64,000 nt of DNA from the NCBI RefSeq assembly GCF_009914755.1, contig NC_060931.1. One strand, given 5' to 3'. Below, piece by piece: positions 16,745 to 31,702 of this stretch; position 1 is the first letter of the stretch; every line of letters starts with the position of its first letter. The notes beneath the pieces were generated by a model. That model ran no database searches. It saw only the letters and a program-made list of their open reading frames with translations, and had not been told where the DNA came from. Source of the DNA: the human T2T-CHM13v2.0 reference genome, Homo sapiens. The translations under genes were made by a program, and so were the position numbers.

Positions 16745-17372
16745 GATTTTCTATTGGCACTGTAACAAATTACAGCAAATTTGGCGGTTTAAAATAACAT
16801 TTGTTTATTATCTAACAGCTCTCAAAGACAGAAGCCTAGTAGGTTTGGCTAGATCCTCTTCTTAAGATCTTTCAAGGCCAAAATCAAGGTGTCAGTGGGA
16901 CTAGGTCCTTCTATAGAAATCCCAGGATAATCTATTTCCAGGCTCATTAAGTTGTTGGCAAAATTCTGTGTAGTTGTAAGACCGAGGTACTTGTTTCCTT
17001 GCTGATCTTTGATTGAAGGTTATTCTTACCTTCTAGAGGCAGCCTGCTTTCCTCTGCCCATGGCCCCTGAATCTTCAAAGGCTGTAACAATGTGTTGCAT
17101 CCTTCTTGTCCTTTGGATCTCTCACTTCATATGCTGCACTTCCCTAACTACTACTTCTGCCTCTGTTTCTAAGGGCTCATGTGATTGCACTGGACCTACA
17201 TGGATAATCCAGGATAACCTTTATTTTAAGGTCAACTGATTAGTAGCCTTATTTACATCTGTCCCTTTGGCAATGTAAAGTAACTTATTCATGGATATAT
17301 CATCTTATTATATTCACTATCCAGGGAATTAGAGCATGGAATCTGCTTGGAAACCAAAGTTCTAATTATTAC
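16745..17372 (-). mobile_element. MLT1-type LTR
   Basis: ctgtaacaaattacagcaaatttggcggtttaaaataac...aaggccaaaatcaaggtgtcag...ggataatccaggataac. Confidence 0.75.
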
Positions 17373-17529
17373 ATTTAGCTCATATTTATTGATGCATCCT
17401 TAAGGAAATGTGACTGGTTTTCTACAGATCACGTTGTTCAAACTCTAACAAAATAAATAACTTTGCATTCCTAATATTTATATATCCATTTCCAGGAATG
17501 GCTCTGATTGGCCCTGCTTAGGTCCAGTG

Positions 17530-17722
17530 CCCACCCCTCTACCAACCACCAGGGCTGGCTTCATGGCAATGTGACCAGTGCAGTCACACATAATCCTGGG
17601 CTCAGAAGGGACCCCACATTTGGGGCTTAATGCTCTGAAGCTACCAACTTGAAATTCTTAACCCTTTGAATTTGTTTTGTACATGAAGTCCAATAGAACA
17701 ATTGAGCATGTGCCAGGGGCTT
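17530..17722 (+). mobile_element. MER45-family (hAT-Tip100) 5' portion
   Basis: cagggctggcttcatgg...tgcagtcacac...ctcagaagggacccc...ttaatgctctg...ttgaaattctta. Confidence 0.75.
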
Positions 17723-17924
17723 GTTTGTCTGAAAAAGAATGCATTTCTCTTTCATTTTTTAAGAATATTTCCAACAGGTACAACATTCTAGATTGACATT
17801 TTTTTTCCTTTTACCACTTTATAGAGATGTCATTCAGTTATCTCCTGTCTTCTATCAGTTGAAAAGTAGGCTATATTTTTGCTTCTTTGAAGGAAATGTC
17901 TTTTTTCCTTTGAAGACTTTTATC

Positions 17925-18217
17925 GGCCGGACACAGTGGCTCATGCCTGTAATCTCAGCACTATGGGAGGCCGAGGCAGGCAGATCACCTGAGGTCAGGA
18001 GTTCAAGACCAGCCTGACCAACACAGAGAAACCCCATCTCTACTAAAAATAAAAAATTAACCAAGTGTGGTGGTGCATGCCTATAATCCCAGCTACTCAG
18101 GAGGCTGAGGCAGGAGAATCGCTTGAACACTGGAGGTGGAGGTTGTGGTGAGCCAAGATCATGCTATTGCACTCCAGCCTGGGCAACAAGAGTGAATTTC
18201 TGCCTCAAAAAAAAAAA
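17925..18217 (+). mobile_element. AluS
   Basis: Full dimer; TSD agacttttatc at 17914-17924 and 18219-18229. Confidence 0.92.
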
Positions 18218-18701
18218 TAGACTTTTATCTTCTTTGGTTTTCAGTGGTTTGACTGCCATGTGCCCTAAATGTGCTTTCATTGTATTTATTCCAATAGTGC
18301 TTTTTCATTCTGTGGATTGATGTCTTTCATTGATTTTAGAAAACTCTTGGCCTGAATCTATTAAGATAATGCTTCTTCCTCAATTCCTACTCTCCTATTC
18401 TCCTGGGACTCCAATTAGATGGTAGTCAGCCTTTTCCACTATTATATTATTTACACTATTGATTGTGTGTTCCATTCTTTTATTCCTCCCATGCACTATT
18501 CTATATATTTTCTAATTGACCCATCATCCAGTTCACTAATTCTTTCCTCAGCTGTCTAATTTTCTAATAAACTAATCTATTGAGTTCTTCATTTCAGTCA
18601 CAGTTTTTATTTCTAGAATTTCTTTAAATTATTTTTATGGATTCTTATTCTGTGCTGAAATTATCCACCTTTTCATCACTTTAAAAAAATATTGATCATA
18701 A

Positions 18702-19033
18702 TTTTTTTCTGTTTTTGGAGAGAGGGTCTTACTCTGTCACCCAGGCTGGAATGCAGTGGTTAGACCATAGCTCACTGCAGCCATGATCTCCCAGGCTCAC
18801 ATTATCCTTCCTCCCATCTCAGCCTCTGTAGTAGCTAGACTACAGGCATGCAACACCATGCCCAGCTTTTGTTTGTTTGTTTGTTTGTTTGTTTGTTTGT
18901 TTTTGGTTAAGTAGAGACCAGGGAAGTCTTGCTATGTCACCCAGGCTGGTCTCAAACTCCTGAGCTCAAGTGATCCTCCCACCTCGGCCTCCCAAAGTGC
19001 TAGGATTACAGACATGACTCACCACACCTGGCC
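18702..19033 (-). mobile_element. AluJ with (TTTG)n expansion in the middle A-rich linker
   Basis: Diverged dimer; tetranucleotide run at about 18868-18903. Confidence 0.88.
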
Positions 19034-20383
19034 AATTACAGTTATTTAATAGTCCATGTCTAATCATTCCAATATCTAGATTACTGTGAGACTGTTTCTA
19101 TCCTTTCTTGTTTTATATTGTTTTTCTTGGTCCTGGCTTCTAATATGCATGGTATAATTTTTTATTAAATGCCAAGTGTTGCGTATAAAAAAATTATAGA
19201 AACTCTGCATGATGTCTCTTGCTTCCAGCAATGACAGACAGTTGAAGTAAAGGCAGACCACCTTAAAATCAAGATTGGGTTTATCAAAGAATACATTTTG
19301 ATTTTTGTAAGTAGTGGCCTATTTATAGTTCTTCCTAACTCCTAGGATATAGCCCCACAAGAATTCCAATGAAAAGCTTAGAGTGTTTTACCAGGGTCCT
19401 TCTTCCTCCTTCCTGAATTTTAGCTTGCAGGCACTGTGAAACTGCCAAAAGTTCTGCTCATCCTGTCACCATCTTAGCTATTGCTGCTTGGTTTCTCAGC
19501 TTGGCCTGTGTTGCTTGCAAATTGACAGAACCCAAGGTGAAAAATGACACCAAATACAGGGCTCACTTCAGTGTGTTTCCTTTCATTCTTAGATCTTTAG
19601 CTCTTGGTAGTGCTCCAATGCCTTTAGATATATATATTTTTCTAATCCAGTTTTTTTCATTATTCACAGTGTAGGCCTTAGTTTGAAATAAACTAGTCCA
19701 TTTACAGCCAGAAATAGAAATCAGCCACTGACTGATCTGTGGCCTATCTTTATGTATGCCTCTATATCTTATTAATTCCAAAAGTATTTAAGATAAGTTG
19801 ACACCCTTATATGACGGTTGATTTGCCTTGTGTTCTATTTCCTGCTTGAAACCTAAACTGTTCACTACTCTAATATCCTAATTAATTTTGTTGTAATTAT
19901 TATGTAAACTTACATTCAAAATGCTTCTCCTCGATAGCTAAATCTGACTCCTTACATATAATATTTAACGTGTATTTGGGAGGTCCTTTGCAAATGCCGT
20001 CTTGTACTTACTCATTTTTTTAAATATAAGAAACAGCATTCTCAGAGACTAGATTATTTCAGAGTAAAAATGAAAACATTTATAAACATAAGCACTAGTA
20101 TTTAATAGAATGTTGCCTGTATAATTTTGTTCTTTGAAAACTTATAGTTACCTCTCAAAGGATATAAAATTTATAAAACAGGATGAGCAGAAGCTATGTA
20201 TAACTCCTATGGTTACATTAACACAAAATCTCGGTAATTCAAAATTGAAATTTATTAAACATTTCTAAGATGTAATTTGTCTCTGAACTAAGAAAATGTC
20301 TTATTACATAATTAAGTGTATAAGCATTGTGAAGGCAGTTTATCCTACTTTAAAAAATAAATTGCTGTTAAGGACTGTCTTAA

Positions 20384-20687
<304 letters not shown>

Positions 20688-21649
20688 AAGGATATCAACT
20701 TTTTGTATGGCTATGAACAGCATTTAAAAATCAGTTTAATCTATATCAAATAATAAGAATAATAATACCTATACTATCTCATTTTATTTATTTTAAAAAT
20801 GTCACTTGTACATATACTTAGTAATGACTGCAAATTACTATGGATAATTGAAAGTACCAAAAATAAACTGCAACACAGGATTTCCCTCCCCAGCATTTTA
20901 CTGTCAAAAAAAAAAAAAAAAAAAAAAAAACTGGAAACCTAGGTACTTCATCCTCCCTAAAGAATCTTTCATAAAAGTCATGGTCTTTCTACATTTGGTT
21001 CCTAAATGTACTACATTAACTACAAACTCAGAAAAATGTTTGGCCATAGATTTTAAAAATTGGGAATGAGTACAGATAGAACAGATAAGTATACACAATT
21101 ATATTTTCCCAGCTCAATTGATAACTGGCTTTTAATACAATTATGGGTCATTATTCAGTATTATTATTACTGTGGCCAAAACATGAAATTCCATTTTTAG
21201 CAGGTTCCAATTAATTTCCTTGGTTGGTCAAGGAACCTTTCAAGATTTACAAGCACTCAAGACACAAAGCATCTTTCGTTTTTCTTTTTTCAAATGCTCT
21301 ATTCTATTTCATCTATTTCCCTTGCTCAAATCTTTATGACTCTTTGTTCATACTTATCGATAGAGAAGCAGCCACCACACTGGCCATCTATCAGAAAGTG
21401 GTAATGAGTTTAGCATGACAAAAACCAGCTGTTGAAACTGCTGTATTATGCACACTGTATGTTCATAATACAGTAATATTGCTATTAATGAAGAGACTGC
21501 TATGTATTTCAGGAACCACTGTATCAGAAATTCAACTACAGAAATGGGAGTAAAATAAGAGATGTAGACATACCAGGGCCAGAATGACTTCTTTGGTGAG
21601 AATCAATGTTATTCAACCATAGCATCGTACCACATTATATGGAGACATT

Positions 21650-21900
21650 ATAGGATGATGGTTAAGACACAGCTTTGATGTGAGGCACTTCAAGCCTTTG
21701 CTCTGCCACTTATTAATATTTACTATGTCCTTAAGCAGGTTATTTAGCCTCTCTATGCTTTAGTGTTCTCATCTATAAAACCGGGGATAACAATACCTAC
21801 TTTACTGGTTTTTCTTAATAAGAATCAAATAAAAGTGAAGTTAGAACTCCTAACCCAGTGGCTAACAAAAAAATAAGCAGTCAATAAACACTTTAAAAAT
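21650..21900 (+). mobile_element. MIR
   Basis: gctctgccacttatta...ttaagcaggttatttagcctctctatgctttagtgttctcatctataaaa. Confidence 0.75.
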
Positions 21901-22099
21901 ATTATGTTTTTTTTTTTTCTCTCCATAGATTATGTGTCTTTTTCTCTCTGCCTTTGGACCTGATCACTCCGACACTCTTACCAACACCAGGTGTTTATTA
22001 CCTATCTTTAGAAGTCTACCTTTGCTTCATAGGAACTACCTTAGTGTTTTCCATCTCAGACTTTGGGATTTTATCTTAGTTCACTTCAGACATACTCCA

Positions 22100-22680
22100 G
22101 GGATACAGCAGTGTACAATGGGAAAAGATTTAGACGTAGTGTTATCAAATAGAAATAAAATGTATGTCACATGTGTAATTTTACATTTTCTACTAGGCAT
22201 ATTTAAAAAGGAAGAATCAGCCAGATGCACTGCTTATGCCTGTAGTCCCAGCCACTCAGGAGGCTGAGGCAGGAGGATCACTTAGGCCCAGGAGTTCATG
22301 CCCAGCATGGGCAGCATAGCAAGACCCAATCTCATAAACTAAAACTGGAAGAAAAAGAGGAAAAAGAAACAGGTAGCATTTTAGTAATATATTTATTTGC
22401 ATGAATATATCCAAATTATTATGATTTTAACAAGCAGCAATCACCACATTTCAAGTGTTCAGTAACTATAGGTGCTTGCTATATTAGACAGTACAGGCTT
22501 AGAGTCAAATGAATGTGGATTCAAATTCTGGCCTTGCTTTTTACTTGCCATGCACTTGCTGTAAATCTGTTTCATTATGTTAAAAATTACTATCTCCAGA
22601 TATTGTGAGAATTAAATAAAAACAGCATACTCAAAGCACTTAGCACAATGCTTACTTACAGGCATGCTCATTCAATGAGA
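22100..22680. mobile_element. Nested MIR > MER33-like (about 22135-22497) > Alu monomer (about 22219-22355)
   Basis: MIR halves flank a hAT-Charlie element that is itself split by a single Alu arm. Confidence 0.65.
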
Positions 22681-23119
22681 ATTCCCTCACACCAACCTTC
22701 TACTATAGAACTGAACACTGGCTCAATACAGTGAAATCTGTGATCCAGATTAAGAGGAAAGGAAGAGAAAGGAAGCCCCCCATCGTCCTTCCTTTCTAGC
22801 TCTCTATAAACTGTGGCCATTTCTCCCACTCACACAGCTCTCCTTCTTTGCTTCCTAGCAGCTATAAATTTGACTCGGTAGACTTATTTCTAGAATCCCT
22901 GAACCCTTGTAGTCATGACCCAAGTATGTGGTTCCAAGAAACTAAAAAAAAACCCATGCCTGAAAGAGAAATCCTACCATCTCTTTCTTCTCTGCCCCTG
23001 TGGTATCCACCTCCCCAGCTGGCCCTACTGCCTAGTCAGACAGAGTTTCTCCTTTATTCAGGGGTTCTCACTGCTGCAGCTTCCTCAGCCTCAGCAACTG
23101 CCATTAACGTTAGTGCTTC

Positions 23120-23525
23120 TCTATTGAAAGAGAGTCTGGCATCAAACATTAAAGAGGCTGAGCAGCATTCTGCAAAATAACTGGACAGTACCCTTCAAAA
23201 GTGTCAATGGCATAAAAGACAAAGATCAAGGAACTGGCATATACTGAAGGTGACTAAAGAGACATAAAAAATAAAAAATGAAAATATGGGATCTTGAGTA
23301 GGATCTTGGCCCAAAAAAAGGACATTAGTGGGAAAACAGGTGAAATCTGAATAAGGTCTAGACCTATTCGTCTAATAAGATTAGATCTAATAATATTCTA
23401 CTGATGTCAATTTCCTGGTTTCAATACTTGAACTATGGTTCTATATAATGTTAATATTAGGGGATTTGTGGGAACTCTCTACACTATTTTTGCAACTTTT
23501 CTTCAAAACAAATAAAAGTAAAATT
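23120..23525 (+). mobile_element. L1MC/L1ME 3' region remnant
   Basis: cattctgcaaaataactgg...ggacattagtgggaaaacaggtgaaatctgaataaggtct...gggaactctctacactatttttgcaactttt. Confidence 0.7.
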
Positions 23526-25074
23526 AAGTTAAAACACTTTTAAATGTGATTATTTAGGACTTTATTATGAAAGAACCTCTGTCCCGATGGACTTGTTAAG
23601 TGATATATTATTGTGAAATAGTGCAACTTATGTTAAGCCAGGAAGGCCATCACACAGGTTAACGAAAAGTCAATTCCAAGGTATAGAAAATTCACCTTAC
23701 TCACCACTATGAGTTTGTAAATCACTAAGAGAGTATGATGCCACCTACATATACTATAGTGAGGACTTGATGACAGCAAATCATATTTTGTGCAACCAAT
23801 AATGTTATTAAATAAATGTAGCTACTGAATAACATACTTAAACAATAACTCCACTGTGACCAACTTTTTACAGAAAGAAAGAGACAGTGAAAAATAAGAA
23901 AGATATGCAAAAAAATAATATGCACCCACCTCCCTCTGCCAGATCTCCCATGCTTTAGGAAACAACACTGGTCAACCAACTCTGAACAAAACCCCTTGCA
24001 ATAGAAAGGACAGTCTGCTTTGCTATATATGTGTTTCTGTAACATGAATTAACATAGACAATTGGTAAGTGGAGAAAAGATTTCAGTGTAATGCAGAAGT
24101 TACATTGGTTCCTATGTAATTTTTTTCCCAGATGATTAATGTTTTGCCTTATTAGTACAGGCAACTGAAGGCTACGTATACTAATGGCAGCAAACCAGGA
24201 AGGAATCAGTATTATACATTCAGCCTTTCTCTGAGAAGTGCTACTGCAAAGTTAACCCTGATCTTTGTTTATAAATAACTAAATAAATAAAACAAAGTAA
24301 CACAAAACAATGAGGAGAGCATACAACTCTGGTATCAGTACATTTTGTACAAAGCTTACAAGCTTTTCTCTATTTATGACTTGTAATGATAATGTCTTTC
24401 TGCCCTTGCATCCACAGACAGCCTCAACCCTTCCTTATACCACCTACCACCAAGCTATCTTCACCTTTTATGTTTTAAGTAAAACACTACTTTTACTGCA
24501 GTTTAATTATTAGAAACTTCATGTCTTTTAAACTGTGTTAGTATTTTTATTGACATTGTTATTGTTTTCATCAGTGCTCTGGTTATAAAGTTGAATAAGC
24601 CCTACTGATTTAAGTAAGAATTTGGAAACTGCAAATTTTCCAGAAAAGCACACATAATATTATAGTAGAAATGGTGTATTACCACACATTCTGAATACAT
24701 TGTCTCAAGATTTTTTTAATATAAAAAGGTTATACTGGTTTGTTTTCAAAGATTACTTATTTATCAATGAAGTATACTGTTAATATCAATTTCTAAACAA
24801 AATTACGAAGTGTATTTTATCATCAGCTTTAAATCGAACATTTTAATATACACTTCTGTATGTGTCACACATTTCTTAAATAAATAGGATGTTCCAATGT
24901 AGTAACAAAAATTATCATCTATGTTAAAAACAAACTGATGCATTGTATAAGAAAAGCAAATATTCAATATTTGATATAAATTAAATGTATATTATGAACT
25001 GCAATCAAACCAACATCAATCTTCTAAAATGAAGCAGTTTCTAAATTGTATGAAAATACATGGATATGGTCTAG

Positions 25075-25413
<339 letters not shown>

Positions 25414-25625
25414 TAATGCTAAAGAAGAATTTAGCATCAGATTTTTTGTTTCTTTCTCAAAGCAACAATATTGCTTCACGATCATCTGTTGTTAAATATA
25501 TAATACTAGTAACTAAGCACTCTTTTATGTAAATGGCTCCTCCTAAGAACAAGCACATGAAAGTTTGTGTTATTTGTACATGACAAAGATATAGCACATA
25601 ACTGAGTCATTAAAAACACAGTTCA

Positions 25626-25904
25626 GGCCGGGCGCAGTGGCTCACGCCTGTAATCCCAGCACTTTGGGAGGCCGAGGTGGATAGATTATGAGGTCAGGAG
25701 ATCAAGACCATCGTGGCTAACACGGTGAAACCCGTCTCTACTAAAAATACAAAAAATTAGCTGGGCGTGGTGGTGGGCCCCTGTAGTCCCAACTACTCAG
25801 GAGGCTGAAGCAGGAGAATGGCCTGAACCCAGGAGGCGGGGCTTGCAGTGAGCCGAGATCCCGCCACTGCACTCCAGCCTGCGCAACAGAGCGAGACTCT
25901 GTTT

Positions 25905-25930
<26 letters not shown>
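25626..25930 (+). mobile_element. AluY-like
   Basis: Dimer with long A tail; TSD aaaaacacagttca at 25612-25625 and 25931-25944. Confidence 0.93.
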
Positions 25931-25936
<6 letters not shown>

Positions 25937-27547
25937 ACAGTTCAACTGGAATAGCTATAATTTATATATCAATCCCAATTTGAATAGAATATTTTTGAAG
26001 TTAATGTATATAATAAATATCAATCACTATGAATATTTATATAAAATAGTAGTGTGCTCTTTTTAATATACTCCATGATATGGTAGGATACTTTTATGGA
26101 CCCATGCAACCCTGAATATCAAGCAGCCCTGTTTTATTTTTCAATTATCTATTTAAGTCCACTTGGTTAGAGATAGTCAGCATGTTTCTCACGGGAAAAA
26201 AAAAATACTGCACAATTGTCTGCGTATAGTGTGACCTCTTTCACTTGGGTGGGTATCCTTTCCATCACCAACTAAGTGAGGATATAACCTTGTCAAACCA
26301 AAGGCAAAAGAATAATAAGCATATGACAGGCTAACCCAGCATGGAAAAGGTTGTTTAGGAGGTTGCAAAAATAGTACTCGGAATGACAAAATAAAAGTAC
26401 ACTTCAAAGAGCAGGTTAATATTTTTAAAAGCACTCAAAACCTGAGAAGCATTTAATCCCCCTCCTTGGATGTCTGCCATACAAAACTCCACTTGAATTT
26501 ATTTCATTAGTCACTAACGAGATTTGGTTAATATGTTTTCAAATGAATACTGGTAGAATAGTCTGAAAGAAACACATTTATAGAATATCTATTTCCACAA
26601 AGCACTAGCCAAAGGTAAGTACAAATAAGCAGATGATGTCTTGCTTTTACCAATTATAAATTACCATCCAACAAGAAAAAAATCCTTCCAATTCAAGAAT
26701 CAGAAATACAAATGGGAAAAGTATTTACCCAGTAGCAGGTTTTTACTGTCTCCAAATCAAATGGCAGTAACACTGCTACCTTAATTGCTACCCCTAACTG
26801 GCATAACAGGGAATCATACTACAACATTTTTATAAGTATTTGAAACCAGAAGAAATTAGACAAGTTTGGCTACAGTCTTCCTAGTGTAAATTTACTTTTA
26901 AAGCAAACAAACAAAAATCTCCAAACCATTTAGGCCTGTCCTAGGACTATGTATTATATCATTGTGTCAGTTATACACACTTTGACATTCCTTTTCTACA
27001 TTAAGACTGGAATGAAATTTTTGATCCTGACCAGTCATCATATTATAACAGTGAAACAGTGCCACCTTTTGGACCCAAACAGAAGCATCCAGTGCTAGTC
27101 TTTCAAACTTCCTTTTTCAGTTAAACTCCTGATGTACATAAATGTCAATGATTTTCATGTCATAATTATCACCTTCTAGGAATACTTTTTAATCTATACA
27201 AACCAAGAAAACATTGGGGTAACAAAAAAGTTGCTTACCAAGATGCAAAATTTCAAAATATTCCAAAGTAGTACCAAATGCATGTATTTTTAATAATTTC
27301 TAATCAACATTTCATTAAATACATTTCACCAAATCCAAATATGTTAGTCAACTAACATATTTTAAATGCAAAAAATTCTTTTTATAGCATTGTTACACTG
27401 CAAAATTGATTTTTTAAAAATGCATTGTATTTAACATGTATTCAATTTAATAATTGGCAATATGATATTAACAGTGGATTACCAGTTAAATCAGCATAAG
27501 TATAAATAATTTTATATACAAATATAGTATGCTTCTGAGTTACTTAC

Positions 27548-27651
27548 ACCAATGATACAATGTCACCACGGTGTACTTCAAAATTCCTCACTTTCCAGTG
27601 GTTCAAAAGCACCACATCAGATGACTGGCTCCCCCCAGGATTCAAAGAAGG
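27548..27651 (-). CDS. IMMP2L: IMMP2L second coding exon (exon 3), aa 46-80
   Basis: Absent from the ORF track (too short). Minus strand reads attttctag|CCT TCT TTG...TCA TTG GT|gtaagta = [34 protein letters not shown](V), in frame with exon 2 (SMQ|PSL) and containing the RGDIV box of signal peptidases; 104 nt. Confidence 0.97.
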
Positions 27652-28480
27652 CTAGAAAATAAGGAGAAAGAGACACTTCTATCATTTGTATTTTTCAATC
27701 TTCATGGTTCTTGCACTTCACAGCTCGAGTGGACTGAAATAAAACATTTCTAATACAGTACCTTTCTATAAATTGCTGTTCTAAAGTAACTGCAAATGAT
27801 GAGTTTTCAAAAAGGCTCACTGGGATTCTTCACAGATGAACCAGAAAAAAATAAATTACCAATGCTTATTTGAAAGGAACGTGTGCTAGACATTAAAATC
27901 TTTAGTAAACTCCAATAAAGAGGTATGAAAAGCCTTAAGAATAATATAAAAACATGAGGAAGAAGTGAGTCAAACCTCCTAACAAAATATCCAGATAGGA
28001 TCTAATTCCACAGTAGTACACATCATTGTTCCATCTGGGGAAAAGAAGAAATAATCCCAAATCACAGTCATGTCCACAAATCTTCACAGTCATATGAAAA
28101 ACTGAAGGGGGCAAAAGAAAGATGTGATAGGATTACCATTATAAAATGTATGGATTTCCCACTTTGACCTCTCTTTTCTCAAAAGAGCACATATCCTAAG
28201 GGTCCTGGTCCCAGTTTGAGCCTAATAAGGGGCTTTCATCCTAGGATTCAGAGAAGTCTAACTGTGCCTGAGGGTTAATGGATCAAGAACTGAGAAACAT
28301 TTTGTGTAAGAATTTTTCTAAAGGTCAGGAACCATACAGGCACAAAAATTTGACTGGGGAACTATGAAACCAGCATACCTGTCATTTGGACAGGGGTACA
28401 GACAAAGCCAATGAATAACAAGCTTGAGGCAAGAACAGGGGGACAAAATAATTAGAAAAGCTAAGATAGCCTTTTCACTG

Positions 28481-29776
<1,296 letters not shown>

Positions 29777-30185
29777 TCACTGAGGGGCTGATGACAGCAG
29801 CCAGTGGAGACACAACAACAACCAGGGCAGAAGCAAGGAAAATAGTGAACGCAGGGCAACAGCCAGTCCCTGGAGCAGTAATGACGTGCCTTTTGTTAAA
29901 GATTCCTGGGATTATTTGCAGATTTTCTACAAAGCAAGAGTTGACAAATATGTCAAAATTCTGCATGGAGGCTATTATCTTGACACTATTTTTGATCCAG
30001 GGTTTTGCAGCTGAAAAATACTGGTTATCCTTGAACACCTCAAACACTTTCAGAACTTTCACCAACTCCTTTAGTGATAATACCTAAATCCCTAACTTAA
30101 ATTCCCTGCTACTCATTTCACTTAACTACCTGACAAAAAATTCAACAGGATTAAAATGGAATTTGTTATCATTTCAACAAATAAA

Positions 30186-30727
30186 TTTTTTTTTGAGACA
30201 GTCTCTTCTGCTTTTCTGCCTCAGCCTCCTGAGTAGAGCTGCGACTACAGGTGTGCGCCACTATGCCCAGCTAATTTTTGTATTTTTAGTAGAGACGGGG
30301 TTTCACCATATTGGCCAGGCTGGTCTCGAACTCCTGATCTCGTGATCCGCCCGCCTCAGCCTCCCAAAGTGCTGTCATTACACACGTGAGCCACCACGCC
30401 TGCCCTCTTTTTTTTTTTTTTTTTTTTAAGAGGGTCTCGCTCTGTCACTTAGGCTGGAGTGCACCGGCATGATCATAGTTCACTGTAGCCTTGAACTCCT
30501 GGGCTCAGTCTCCCAGTTCCAGTTCCCAGGTAGCTAGGACTACAGGTCTACAAGTGCATACCACCACATCCAGCTAAGTCGGGTTTTTTTTTTCCTTTTT
30601 TTTTTTTTAGAGATGGGAGGGTCTTGCTATGTTGAGCAGGATGGTCTTGAACTCCTGACCTCAAGCAATCCTCCTGCCTTATCAACCAAAGCGCTGAGAT
30701 TACAGGTAGGAGCCACCATGCCCAGCC
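30186..30727 (-). mobile_element. Two tandem Alus: internally deleted AluS/Y (about 30186-30405) and AluJ (about 30406-30727)
   Basis: First copy jumps from gagacagtctc to ctgcctcagcctcc, losing much of the right arm; second is a diverged dimer. Confidence 0.85.
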
Positions 30728-31193
30728 CTTTCTTATTTTCTTACATCCGGGTTACCCTTTTCCCAGTCAACCAGTTTAAAAACTTAGTTGTCTTCTTACT
30801 TCTCATCCAACCAGTCAGCAAGCTAAAGGGATCTTTTTTTAATCATAATGTCTTCTACTTCTGGCACGTTTTCTTTCCTCTCTAGTATCATCATATTTCA
30901 AGCACCAATCATTATGTAACTCATGCTATATCTACACTAATCAGTCTCTCACCTCCAACTTAGAAATGATTCCATTTCTTTCTAGTTATATGATCTTCAG
31001 CAAGTTACTTAACTTCATTATGCCACTCATTACTAGGAAAATGGTGATGAATAATAACTATTATCTAATTAATAATTAAATAATAATAGCCAATACCTAC
31101 GAAGTACTTACCATGTGTCCTGGTCTAATAATAATAGCCAGACATGTTAAGTGCTTACCATGTGCAAGACACTGTTTAACAGCTTTACAAATA

Positions 31194-31702
31194 TAGTTGA
31201 CCCTTGAATAACACAGGTTTGAACTGCGTGGGTCCAACAATACACAGATTTTTTTCAATAAAAGTTACACTGAGTGTGCCTGCCTCTCCTGCTTCCCTTT
31301 CCCACCTCTTCTACATCTGCCACCCCTGAGACAGTAAGACTAACTCCTCTTCTTTCTCCTCCTCCTCCTTAGCCTACTCAATATGAAGACAGTGAGGATG
31401 AAGTCCTTTACGATGATCCTCTTCCACTTAAGAAACAAAAATATATTTTTCTCTTTCTTATGATGTTCTTAATAACATTTTCTTTTCCCTATCTTACTTT
31501 ATTGTAAAAATATAGTATATAATACATATAGCATATAAAAATATGTGTTAATCTCACTGTTTATGTTAACAGTAAGGCTTCTGGTCAGGAGCAGACTATT
31601 AGTAGTTAAGTTGTGGGGTGTGGGACAGTCAAAAGTTATATGCAAATTTTTAACTGCATGGGAGTTGGGTCCCTCACCCCCTCGTTGTTCAAGAGTGAAC
31701 TG
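31194..31702. mobile_element. Tigger2-family non-autonomous element (Tigger2a/MER8-like)
   Basis: TIRs tagttgacccttgaataac / gttgttcaagagtgaactg; internal cctcctccttagcctactcaa...gaagacagtgaggatgaag. Confidence 0.85.

Larger units (their letters stand above)
17725..19710 (-). mobile_element. Ancient L1M/HAL1-like 5'/ORF1 remnant carrying two Alus
   Basis: T-rich degenerate text (tctcctgggactccaatta; ccagttcactaattctttcctcagctgtcta) typical of antisense old L1 ORF1. Confidence 0.55.
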
